Shown: piece by piece, positions 43,136-51,756 of the stretch
Layout: the number at the start of each line of letters is the position of its first letter
Numbering within the stretch: position 1 is the first letter of the stretch
Source: Eubacteriales bacterium
GTDB taxonomy: Bacteria > Bacillota > Clostridia > Oscillospirales > CAG-272
Length of the DNA: 64,000 bases
NCBI GenBank assembly: GCA_045603085.1
Contig: JAZULL010000033.1
Span: 2,096-66,095 of the forward strand
Reading direction: 5' to 3'
Notes under the pieces: model-generated
Told to the model about the DNA's origin: nothing
Database searches by the model: none
The model's input: only the letters and a program-made list of their open reading frames with translations
Translations under genes and position numbers: made by a program

Positions 43136-43978
43136 ATGACGCTGATTCTGTACAACCCCCACGCAAATAACAATGACGTAACCGCCGCGCTGGACGGCGC
43201 AATGGTGTATGCTTCTGCACCCGATACGGTGGTCAAGGACCTGACAGCTGTAGACGTGCGCCGGGAAATCTGCGCGCTCTCGGAGCATGACCGCGTGCTG
43301 ATTTGCGGCGGCGACGGTACGCTGATGCGACTGGCGAATGCTCTGGACGGTGCTACCTATGCCGCACAGCTCTATTTGTGGAAGAGCGGCACGGGTAACG
43401 ATTTTCTGCGCGATCTGGGCAGGAACGATGATACGGAGCCTGTTTTGCTCAACCCCTATCTGACAGGGCTTCCCCACGTCAAGGTGGGTGGAAAGACCTA
43501 TCTTTACATCAACGGCATCGGCTTTGGACTTGACGGCATGGTCTGCGAGGTCACCGATAAGCTCAAGGCGCAGGGTGTCAAGAAGATCAATTATACCATG
43601 GAGTCGATCAAGCTTTTGCTGGGCGGCTTCAAGTGTCCTTCGGGTACGGTCACGGTTGACGGCGAGTCCAAGCGCTATAAGAAGATCTGGATCGCGTCTG
43701 CTATGTACGGCCAGTATTACGGAGGCGGCATGCGCGTCGCGCCCGAGCAAAAGCGCGGCGGCAAGACGCTGACCTGCTGCGTCTGGCATTCCTCGGGAAA
43801 GCTGACCACGCTGATGCACTTCCCCAAGATCTTCACGGGCGAGCACGTGCAGTATAAAAAAACCATCGACGTCTTTACGGGTAAAAAGATCAAGGTCGAG
43901 TTCGATAAGCCGACGGCCTTGCAGATCGACGGTGAAACGGTCAGCGGTGTGACCTCTTACACCGCATGGATCGACTGA
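43136..43978 (+). CDS. Diacylglycerol-kinase catalytic-domain lipid kinase (YegS/BmrU-like)
   Basis: GGAGGA RBS before the ATG at 43136. LILYNPHANN...VLICGGDGTLMR...GTGNDF. Confidence 0.8.
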   Translation: MTLILYNPHANNNDVTAALDGAMVYASAPDTVVKDLTAVDVRREICALSEHDRVLICGGDGTLMRLANALDGATYAAQLYLWKSGTGNDFLRDLGRNDDTEPVLLNPYLTGLPHVKVGGKTYLYINGIGFGLDGMVCEVTDKLKAQGVKKINYTMESIKLLLGGFKCPSGTVTVDGESKRYKKIWIASAMYGQYYGGGMRVAPEQKRGGKTLTCCVWHSSGKLTTLMHFPKIFTGEHVQYKKTIDVFTGKKIKVEFDKPTALQIDGETVSGVTSYTAWID

Positions 43979-44066
43979 ATTTTGCGGATTGCCCGGCCGC
44001 GGATGCCGTTTGTCAAAAATGCCAAAAGAGTGCAAAAGGGAAGCGAGAAAATAGCCCTTTTGCGTA

Positions 44067-44095
44067 TTGACATTTTTCGCAAAATGCGGTATAAT
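44067..44095 (+). promoter_or_regulatory. Consensus promoter of the purine operon
   Basis: TTGACA (44067-44072), 17-nt spacer, TATAAT (44090-44095). Confidence 0.8.
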
Positions 44096-44109
44096 GAGCG
44101 CATAGGAAA

Positions 44110-44220
44110 TTTCTTCCCGTGACCGGCGGAATGTGAGCTTACACACAGGAGCGGGAAGTTATCAAGCCGACCGCCTGGGCAATCCTGTCTTAACGAGTTT
44201 AGGATAGGACTGCCCTTTTT
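44110..44220 (+). promoter_or_regulatory. ZTP (pfl-motif) riboswitch with terminator expression platform
   Basis: P1 is CTTCCCG (44113-44119) paired with CGGGAAG (44151-44157). Conserved GUGACCGGCGG in the 5' subdomain. The 3' subdomain CCGACCGCCUGGGCA (44167-44181) has a CCGCC that can pseudoknot with GGCGG (44124-44128). The GGGCAaTCCT...AGGAcTGCCC hairpin followed by TTTTT (44176-44220) competes with the pseudoknot. Confidence 0.85.
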
Positions 44221-44241
44221 GTATACATAAGGAGAAACAGC

Positions 44242-44736
44242 ATGAAAAAAGTAGCTATCATTATGGGAAGCGACAGCGATCTTCCCGTTGTGGAGAAAGC
44301 CATCAATACCTTGAAGGAATTCGACGTGCCGTTTGAGGCGCACGTGTATTCGGCACACAGAACGCCCGACGAGGCCGCGCGGTTTGCAGCAGGCGCAAGA
44401 GATGCAGGCTTTGGCGCTATCATCGCGGCGGCAGGCATGGCGGCGCACCTGGCAGGTGCTATCGCGGCCAGAACCACCCTGCCCGTGGTTGGCATTCCGG
44501 TCAAGGGTGGCGCTGTGGACGGCATGGACGCACTGCTTGCAACGGTACAGATGCCCTCCGGCATGCCTGTGGCAACCGTCGCACTCAACGGTGCTGTGAA
44601 TGCGGCACTTTTGTGCATTCAGATGCTGGCGATTGAAGACAAGGAGCTTGCGGCCAAGCTGGACCAAAAGAGAGCCCGCGACACCGCCGCAGTGCTTGCA
44701 AAGGATGCCGCCCTGCAGGAGCGTCTGAAGGGCTGA
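44242..44736 (+). CDS. purE: 5-(carboxyamino)imidazole ribonucleotide mutase / AIR carboxylase (PurE)
   Basis: VAIIMGSDSDLPV, SAHRTP, AGMAAHLAG, VGIPV. Confidence 0.95.
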   Translation: MKKVAIIMGSDSDLPVVEKAINTLKEFDVPFEAHVYSAHRTPDEAARFAAGARDAGFGAIIAAAGMAAHLAGAIAARTTLPVVGIPVKGGAVDGMDALLATVQMPSGMPVATVALNGAVNAALLCIQMLAIEDKELAAKLDQKRARDTAAVLAKDAALQERLKG

Positions 44737-44770
44737 TACACGGAAGACGGCAAAAGTTAAGGAGACATTT

Positions 44771-46201
44771 ATGGGTGGATTTTTTGGTATAACATCAACG
44801 AAGGATTGTCTGTTGGACGTGTTCTTTGGAACGGACTATCATTCCCATCTGGGCACGCAGAGAGGCGGACTTGCGGCTTATGACCCCGAGATCGGTCTGC
44901 AGCGCAAGATCCACAGCATTACAAGCGCACCCTTCCGCACCAAGTTTGAAAATATTTTTGCTGAGATGTCGGGCACGTCGGCCATCGGCTGTATCAGCGA
45001 TACAGACCCTCAGCCCATGCTGATCCGCTCGCATCACGGCACGTACGCCATCTGCACCATCGGCGTCATCAACAATGCCGAGCAGCTGATCGATCTGTAT
45101 TTCGGCGGCAGCCGCGGACACTTTGACGCCATGACCGGCGGCAGAGTCAACACAGTAGAGCTTGTGGCCGCGCTGATCGACCAAAAGGAGAGCTTTGCCG
45201 ACGGCATCCAATATGCCCAGACTCTCATCGACGGCACCTGCTCGATCATGATCCTCAAACAGAACGGACACCTGATCGCGGCGCGCGACAGGGTGGGGCG
45301 TATCCCCGTCATTGTCTGCAAGGGTGAGGACGGCTATTGTGTGACCTTTGAGTCGTTTGCGGCGCAAAAGCTGGGGTATGACCCGGCGCGCGAGCTTGGC
45401 CCGGGCGAGATCGTGGAGCTTTCTCCCGAGGACGGCATCGTACAGCTCAAGTCTCCCGGCAAGGAAATGAAGATGTGCGCCTTTTTGTGGTCTTACTACG
45501 GATATCCCACGTCCAATTACGAGGGCGTCAACGTAGAGGCTATGCGATACCGCAACGGCGAGATCATGGCGGACCTGGACAGAGAGGCGGGCACAGCCCC
45601 CGAGCTGGATTACGTCAGCGGCATGCCGGATTCGGGTATTCCGCACGCTATCGGTTATGCCAACAATTCCTCTGCGGCATTTGCGCGTCCGTATATCAAG
45701 TATACGCCCACCTGGTCGCGCAGCTTCACCCCGCAAAAGCAATCGGATCGCGCCAAGGTCGCGCGTATGAAGCAGATTCCCGTGCATGAGCTGATCGAGA
45801 ACAAGCGTCTTTTGTTTGTGGACGATTCCATCGTGCGCGGCACACAGCTCAAGGAAACCGTGGATTTCCTGTACTCCAACGGCGCAAAGGAGGTGCACAT
45901 GCGCTCCGCCTGCCCGCCTATTATGTACGGCTGTAAGTACCTCAATTTCACCCGATCAACCGGAGATATGGAGCTGATCACCCGCCGCACCATTATGGAG
46001 CTGGAGGGTGTCGAGGGCTTCAACTATCTGGATGAATACAGCGACGGCAGCACCGAGCGCGGCAGAGCGCTGCGTAAGAGTATTTGCGATAAATTTGGAT
46101 TTACATCTCTGGAATTCCAGTCGCTGGAGGGTGTGATCAAGGCCATCGGCCTGCCGCCCGAAAAGCTTTGCACCTATTGCTGGAACGGCAAAGAATCTTA
46201 A
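44771..46201 (+). CDS. Amidophosphoribosyltransferase-like protein lacking the N-terminal nucleophile Cys
   Basis: AAGGAGA RBS, then ATG at 44771. The N-terminus is MGGFFGI, whereas canonical PurF has MCG(I/V)xGI. The PRPP-binding loop LLFVDDSIVRGTQL is present. It sits in the purF position of the operon. Confidence 0.8.
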   Translation: MGGFFGITSTKDCLLDVFFGTDYHSHLGTQRGGLAAYDPEIGLQRKIHSITSAPFRTKFENIFAEMSGTSAIGCISDTDPQPMLIRSHHGTYAICTIGVINNAEQLIDLYFGGSRGHFDAMTGGRVNTVELVAALIDQKESFADGIQYAQTLIDGTCSIMILKQNGHLIAARDRVGRIPVIVCKGEDGYCVTFESFAAQKLGYDPARELGPGEIVELSPEDGIVQLKSPGKEMKMCAFLWSYYGYPTSNYEGVNVEAMRYRNGEIMADLDREAGTAPELDYVSGMPDSGIPHAIGYANNSSAAFARPYIKYTPTWSRSFTPQKQSDRAKVARMKQIPVHELIENKRLLFVDDSIVRGTQLKETVDFLYSNGAKEVHMRSACPPIMYGCKYLNFTRSTGDMELITRRTIMELEGVEGFNYLDEYSDGSTERGRALRKSICDKFGFTSLEFQSLEGVIKAIGLPPEKLCTYCWNGKES

Positions 46202-46232
46202 CCTTGAATATCTACAGAAAGGAAATATTGAC

Positions 46233-47282
46233 ATGCACTCTAATTCCAGATCGGACAGCTACGCTGCAGCAGGCGTAGACATTACTGCAGGCTACAAGGC
46301 CGTTGAACTTATGAAAAAGCACATTGCGCGCACCAAGAACGAGGGCTGCGTGGATGACGTTGGCGGCTTTGGCGGTTGCTTTGGCCTGAACGTTGGCGGC
46401 ATGGAAGAGCCCGTGCTGGTTTCGGGCACCGACGGCTGCGGCACCAAGGTCAAGATGGCAATCCTGATGGACAAGCACGATACCATCGGTATTGATGCGG
46501 TTGCCATGTGTGTCAACGACATTATCTGTGTCGGTGCAAAGCCGCTGTTCTTCCTTGACTATATTGCATGCGGCAAGAACGTTCCCGAAAAGATCGCGGC
46601 CATCGTGGCAGGCGTTGCCGAGGGCTGTGTGCAGTCGGGCGCGGCACTCATCGGCGGCGTGACCGCAGAGCATCCCGGTCTGATGCCGGTTGAGGACTAT
46701 GACCTGGCAGGCTTTGCCGTGGGCATCGTGGACAAGAAAAAGATCATTGATAACAAGAGAATGGCCGAGGGTGACGTGGTCATCGCACTTAGCTCCAGCG
46801 GCGTGCATTCCAACGGATTTTCGCTGTGCCGCAAGGTGTTCGAGATCGATCAAAATCCCGATTCTCTGTACGTCCCCTGTGACGACCTTGGCGGCAAGAG
46901 TATCGCCGAGACCCTGCTGACCCCCACTAAGATTTACGTCAAATCCATTCTGGCTCTGCTTGAAAAGGTAGACGTTAAGGGCATCTCCCATATCACGGGC
47001 GGCGGATTTTATGAAAATATTCCCAGAAGCATTCCGGACGGCCTTTGCGCAAAGATCGACCGCGGCGCGGTTCGCGTGCTCCCCATCTTTGAGCTGATCG
47101 CCAAGAAGGGCGGTATTTGTGAGCGAGACATGTTCAACACCTATAACATGGGCGTCGGTATGAGCGTGGTCGTGCCTGCAGAGCAGGTTGACGCCGCACT
47201 CGAGATCCTTGCCGCACACGGTGAGGACGCCTATGTGATCGGCAAGATCGTGTCGGGTGAGGAGAAGATCGAATTATGTTAA
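46233..47282 (+). CDS. purM: Phosphoribosylformylglycinamidine cyclo-ligase (AIR synthetase)
   Basis: YAAAGVDITAGYKAVELMK...VGGFGG...GTDGCGTK...DYIA. Confidence 0.95.
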   Translation: MHSNSRSDSYAAAGVDITAGYKAVELMKKHIARTKNEGCVDDVGGFGGCFGLNVGGMEEPVLVSGTDGCGTKVKMAILMDKHDTIGIDAVAMCVNDIICVGAKPLFFLDYIACGKNVPEKIAAIVAGVAEGCVQSGAALIGGVTAEHPGLMPVEDYDLAGFAVGIVDKKKIIDNKRMAEGDVVIALSSSGVHSNGFSLCRKVFEIDQNPDSLYVPCDDLGGKSIAETLLTPTKIYVKSILALLEKVDVKGISHITGGGFYENIPRSIPDGLCAKIDRGAVRVLPIFELIAKKGGICERDMFNTYNMGVGMSVVVPAEQVDAALEILAAHGEDAYVIGKIVSGEEKIELC

Positions 47283-47911
47283 AGCATGCATTCTGGACGG
47301 GCATTGCGTCCGGCATGATGGTCGGCATCGGCGGAGCGGTATATCTGTCCTGCGAAAATAAGGTCGTGGGCGCGGTGCTGTTCTCGGTTGCTCTGCTTTG
47401 CATCTGCCTTTTGGGATTTTATCTGTATACCGGCAAGATCGGGCTGTTTATTGAAAGCCCCACCAAGCAAAGCGCGGCGGCGCTTCCCATCGGCCTTTAC
47501 GGCAATTTCCTTGGCGCGGCGCTGACGGGTATTTTCACCGCGCTGGCAAAGCCCTCGCTGATCGATGCGGCACAGAAGGCATGCTCGGCAAAGCTTGAAG
47601 GCGGCATGCTGAAAGGATTGATCGCGGCCGTGTTCTGCGGCGTGCTGATGTATGCGGCAGTCAAGACCTACGGTGCCAAGGGCACGCTGCTTGGCATCAT
47701 CTTCTGCATTCCCACCTTTATTCTGTGCGGCTTTGAGCACTCGATCGCCGACGTGTATTATTTCACGGTCGCATCCATGCGCGGCGCATTTGATCCCATG
47801 AGAGCGGTGTTCATCCTGGTCGCAGTTGTGGGCAACACGCTGGGTGGCTGGTTGCTGCCTGTGCTGATCGCACTCGGAAAGGGAAAGGTAAAAGAGAATG
47901 AAGCAAAATAA
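47276..47911 (+). CDS. Formate/nitrite transporter (FNT) family channel, short form
   Basis: Six hydrophobic helices and a CGFEHSIADVYY motif (FNT signature GFEHSIAN-like). Overlaps the purM stop and the purN start. Confidence 0.7.
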   Translation: MLKHAFWTGIASGMMVGIGGAVYLSCENKVVGAVLFSVALLCICLLGFYLYTGKIGLFIESPTKQSAAALPIGLYGNFLGAALTGIFTALAKPSLIDAAQKACSAKLEGGMLKGLIAAVFCGVLMYAAVKTYGAKGTLLGIIFCIPTFILCGFEHSIADVYYFTVASMRGAFDPMRAVFILVAVVGNTLGGWLLPVLIALGKGKVKENEAK

Positions 47912-48539
47912 AACGCGTATCGCGGTTCTCGTTTCGGGCGGCGGCACAAATCTGCAGGCACTGATCGATGCGCAAGGCAGGGGAGAGCTTGGCGGCGGTG
48001 AGATCTCGCTGGTGCTGGCAAGCAAGCCCGGCGTGTATGCGCTGGAGCGAGCGGCGACTGCAGGCATTGCGGGCATGGTGCTCGCGCGCAAGGAATATCC
48101 CGATGCCGAGAGTTACACCGAGGCGCTGGTGGCCACGCTGACCGAGGCCAAGATCGATCTGGTGGTGCTGGCCGGCTTTATGATCATTATCGGAGAGGAT
48201 ATGTATCGCGCATTCCCCAACCGCATCATCAACGTGCATCCCGCACTCATTCCGTCCTTCTGCGGACAGGGCTTTTACGGTCTGCACGTGCACAAGGCGG
48301 CGCTTGCAAAGGGCGTCAAGGTCTCGGGCGCGACCGTACATTTCGTCACACCCGAGTGTGACGCCGGCCCCATCATTCTGCAAAAGGCTGTTGAGGTCAA
48401 GGAGGACGACACTCCCGAAGCTCTGCAATTGCGCATCATGACCGAGGCGGAATGGAAAATTTTGCCCGAAGCGGTCAGTCTGTTCTGCCAAGGCAGACTC
48501 AAGGTAGAAAACGACAAAGTTTACATAAAAGGAGTATAA
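47898..48539 (+). CDS. purN: Phosphoribosylglycinamide formyltransferase
   Basis: RIAVLVSGGGTNLQALID, LAGFM, NVHPALIPSFCG. Confidence 0.93.
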   Translation: MKQNKTRIAVLVSGGGTNLQALIDAQGRGELGGGEISLVLASKPGVYALERAATAGIAGMVLARKEYPDAESYTEALVATLTEAKIDLVVLAGFMIIIGEDMYRAFPNRIINVHPALIPSFCGQGFYGLHVHKAALAKGVKVSGATVHFVTPECDAGPIILQKAVEVKEDDTPEALQLRIMTEAEWKILPEAVSLFCQGRLKVENDKVYIKGV

Positions 48540-48540
48540 T

Positions 48541-49257
48541 ATGAAGGTAAATACCATCGCAGAAGAACTGAACTCTCTTGCATATCACGGCAGAGGCATT
48601 ATCATCGGCAAGTCGGCTGATTCCAAGAAGGCCGTGACCGCATATTTCATCATGGGCAGAAGCGTCAACAGCCGCAACCGCGTGTTCGTGGCAGAGGGTG
48701 AGGCTATGAGAACCAAGGCGTTTGACGAATCCAAGATGGTTGACCCCCATCTGATCATTTATTATCCCGTCCGTGTGCTGGGCAACAAGACCATTGTGAC
48801 CAACGGTGACCAGACCGACACTATCTATGATCTGATGGACAAGCAGATGACCTTTGAGCAGGCTCTGCGCACCCGTGAGTTTGAGGACGACAAGCCCAAC
48901 TTCACTCCCCGCATTTCCGGCATTATCCACCGCGAGGGCGGCGACATGAATTACGCGATGTCGATTCTTAAGAGCGCAGAGGGTGATGATTCCTCCTGCG
49001 AGAGATTTACCTATGCATATACCAACCCGAAGGCAGGTCGCGCAAAGTTTATCCATACTTATCACGGCGACGGCAATCCGCTGCCCAGCTTTGAGGGCGA
49101 GCCCAAGACGCTGGAATTGCCCGACGTGGACATCGACGCGCTGACCGATCTGATCTGGACAAATCTGAACGAGGACAACAAGGTGTCCCTGTTTGTGCGC
49201 TATATTGATCTGGCTACGGGTGAGACCGAGACCAGAATCGTCAACAAAAATGCTTAA
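48541..49257 (+). CDS. IMP cyclohydrolase, PurO-like (stand-alone)
   Basis: ~238 aa. YHGRGIIIGKS...AYFIMGRSVNSRNR resembles the archaeal-type IMP cyclohydrolase family. It lies immediately upstream of an AICAR-formyltransferase-only gene. Confidence 0.7.
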   Translation: MKVNTIAEELNSLAYHGRGIIIGKSADSKKAVTAYFIMGRSVNSRNRVFVAEGEAMRTKAFDESKMVDPHLIIYYPVRVLGNKTIVTNGDQTDTIYDLMDKQMTFEQALRTREFEDDKPNFTPRISGIIHREGGDMNYAMSILKSAEGDDSSCERFTYAYTNPKAGRAKFIHTYHGDGNPLPSFEGEPKTLELPDVDIDALTDLIWTNLNEDNKVSLFVRYIDLATGETETRIVNKNA

Positions 49258-49270
49258 GGAGAGTACGAAA

Positions 49271-50455
49271 ATGAAAGAATTTGAACTGAAATACGGCTGT
49301 AACCCCAATCAGAAGCCCGCTAAGATCTACATGCACGACGGCAGTGAGCTGCCCATCGAGATCCTTTGCGGCAGACCCGGCTTTATCAACTTCCTGGATG
49401 CATTCAACTCCTGGCAGCTGGTCAAGGAGCTCAAGGCCGCGTTGGGTCTCCCCGCAGTTACCTCCTTCAAGCACGTTTCTCCCACCTCGGCTGCAGTCGG
49501 CATTCCGCTGTCCGACAAGCTCAAGAAGGCTTGCTTTGTAGACGATATCCCCGGCCTTGACGACTCCCCCCTGGCTTGCGCGTACGCAAGAGCAAGAGGC
49601 ACCGACAGAATGTGCTCGTTTGGTGACTGGGTAGCTCTGTCCGACGTTTGTGACGTCACCACTGCGCTGATGATCAAGCGCGAGGTGTCCGACGGCGTCA
49701 TCGCCCCCGGCTACGAGCCCGAGGCACTTGAGATCCTCAAGACCAAGAGAAAGGGCAATTACAATATCGTCAAGATCGATCCCGATTTCGTACCCGATCC
49801 GCAGGAGAGAAAGCAGGTATTCGGCATCACCTTCGAGCAGGGAAGAAACAATTTCGAGATCAACCGCGAGCTGCTTGCAAACGTGGTGACCGAGAATAAG
49901 GATATGCCCGAGAGTGCGATCCGTGACCTGATCGTAGCACTTATCACCCTGAAATATACCCAGTCCAACTCTGTTTGTTATGCCGTTGACGGTCAGGCCA
50001 TCGGTGTTGGTGCAGGTCAGCAGTCCCGCGTGCATTGCACCAGACTTGCGGGCGGCAAGGCTGATACCTGGTTTTTGCGCCAGCACGACAAGGTGCTGAA
50101 TCTGCCCTTCCTGCCCACGCTCGGCAGACCCGACAGAGACAACGTCATCGACGGCTATATCAACCAGAATGAAGAGGACGTTTGCGCTGACGGTAACTGG
50201 CAGAAGTATTTTACCGAGCAGCCTGCAGTCTTTACCCGCGAGGAGCAGAGAGCTTACCTTGACACCATTGACGGCGTAGCACTCGGCTCGGACGCGTTCT
50301 TCCCCTTCAGCGACAACATCGAGAGAGCCAAGAAGAGCGGCGTCAAGTACATTGCCGAGCCCGGCGGCTCGATCCGTGACGATCTGGTCATCGAGTGCTG
50401 CAACAAGTACGGCATGTCCATGGCGTTCACCGGCATGAGACTGTTCCACCACTAA
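49271..50455 (+). CDS. purH: AICAR formyltransferase (PurH C-terminal-domain homolog without the MGS-like cyclohydrolase domain)
   Basis: AAGGAGA RBS before the ATG at 49271. MKEFELKYGCNPNQKPA...FKHVSP...GVGAGQQSRVHC...AFFPFSDNI...GGSIRD. Confidence 0.85.
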   Translation: MKEFELKYGCNPNQKPAKIYMHDGSELPIEILCGRPGFINFLDAFNSWQLVKELKAALGLPAVTSFKHVSPTSAAVGIPLSDKLKKACFVDDIPGLDDSPLACAYARARGTDRMCSFGDWVALSDVCDVTTALMIKREVSDGVIAPGYEPEALEILKTKRKGNYNIVKIDPDFVPDPQERKQVFGITFEQGRNNFEINRELLANVVTENKDMPESAIRDLIVALITLKYTQSNSVCYAVDGQAIGVGAGQQSRVHCTRLAGGKADTWFLRQHDKVLNLPFLPTLGRPDRDNVIDGYINQNEEDVCADGNWQKYFTEQPAVFTREEQRAYLDTIDGVALGSDAFFPFSDNIERAKKSGVKYIAEPGGSIRDDLVIECCNKYGMSMAFTGMRLFHH

Positions 50456-50474
50456 TATATTACGAGGATAACGA

Positions 50475-51746
50475 ATGAAGTTAATGGTTGTAGGCGGCGG
50501 TGGCCGCGAGCATACGATTATTAAAAAGCTCAAAGAGAACCCCTCGGTCGAGGTCATTTACGCCCTGCCCGGAAACGGCGGCATGAAGGATGACGCGATC
50601 TGCGTGCCCGTGGGCGCTAAGGATCTGGACGGTATTGTGGCGTTTGCCAAGGAGCACGCCATCGACTTTGCCGTGGTCGCACCCGACGACCCGCTGGTGC
50701 TGGGTTGCGTTGACAGACTGAACGAGATCGGCATCCCTTGCTTTGGCCCTGACGCCAAGGCGGCCATCATCGAGGGCAGTAAGGTGTTCTCCAAGAATCT
50801 GATGAAGAAATACGGAATCCCCACCGCGGCTTATGAGGTGTTTGACGATATGGATGCCGCGCTGGCATACGTCAAGACCGCACCCATTCCCACGGTCATC
50901 AAGGCCGACGGCCTGGCGCTGGGCAAGGGTGTGATCATCGCGCAGACCCGCGAGGAGGCCGAGCAGGCCGTGCGCTCCATGATGCAGGACAAGCAGTTTG
51001 GCGCGAGCGGGGATCACATCGTCATTGAGGAATTTCTGACCGGCCCCGAGGTCTCGGTGCTGGCGTTTACCGACGGTAAGTGCGTCAAGCCCATGGTGTC
51101 CAGTATGGACCACAAGCGCGCGCTGGACGGAGATCAGGGTCTGAACACCGGCGGCATGGGCACGGTTGCGCCCAATCCCTATTACACCGATGAGGTTGCA
51201 CAGGTCTGCATGGAGCAGATCTTCCTGCCCACCGTAAATGCCATGAATGCCGAGGGTCGCACCTTCAAGGGCTGTCTGTATTTCGGCCTGATGCTGACCC
51301 CGACCGGCCCCAAGGTGATCGAATACAACTGCCGCTTCGGCGACCCCGAAACGCAGGTCGTCCTGCCGCTTTTGGAAAGTGACCTGCTGACAATCATGCA
51401 GGCGACTGCCAACGGCACGCTGGCAGAGACCGAGGTCAGGTTTGCCGACCGTCACGCCTGCTGTGTGGTGGTGGCGTCGGGCGGTTACCCGCAGAAATAC
51501 GGCTCGGGCTATCCCATGAGCCTGCCCGAAACAGGGAAGAATGAATATATCTTTGTCGCAGGTGCCAAGGTGCAGGACGGCACTTTAGTCACCGCAGGCG
51601 GCAGAGTGCTGGGTGCTGTGGCGGTCGAGGACAGCCTTGCCGACGCCGTTGCCCATGCATACAGAATTGCAGAGCAGGTACAGTTTGAGAATGCCTACAT
51701 GCGCCGCGACATTGGTCGGCGCGCACTGGCGGCAGGCAAGAGATAA
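50475..51746 (+). CDS. purD: Phosphoribosylamine--glycine ligase
   Basis: MKLMVVGGGGREHTI...PGNGG...ATP-grasp...EYNCRFGDPE. Confidence 0.95.
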   Translation: MKLMVVGGGGREHTIIKKLKENPSVEVIYALPGNGGMKDDAICVPVGAKDLDGIVAFAKEHAIDFAVVAPDDPLVLGCVDRLNEIGIPCFGPDAKAAIIEGSKVFSKNLMKKYGIPTAAYEVFDDMDAALAYVKTAPIPTVIKADGLALGKGVIIAQTREEAEQAVRSMMQDKQFGASGDHIVIEEFLTGPEVSVLAFTDGKCVKPMVSSMDHKRALDGDQGLNTGGMGTVAPNPYYTDEVAQVCMEQIFLPTVNAMNAEGRTFKGCLYFGLMLTPTGPKVIEYNCRFGDPETQVVLPLLESDLLTIMQATANGTLAETEVRFADRHACCVVVASGGYPQKYGSGYPMSLPETGKNEYIFVAGAKVQDGTLVTAGGRVLGAVAVEDSLADAVAHAYRIAEQVQFENAYMRRDIGRRALAAGKR

Positions 51747-51756
51747 GGAGGCTTGT

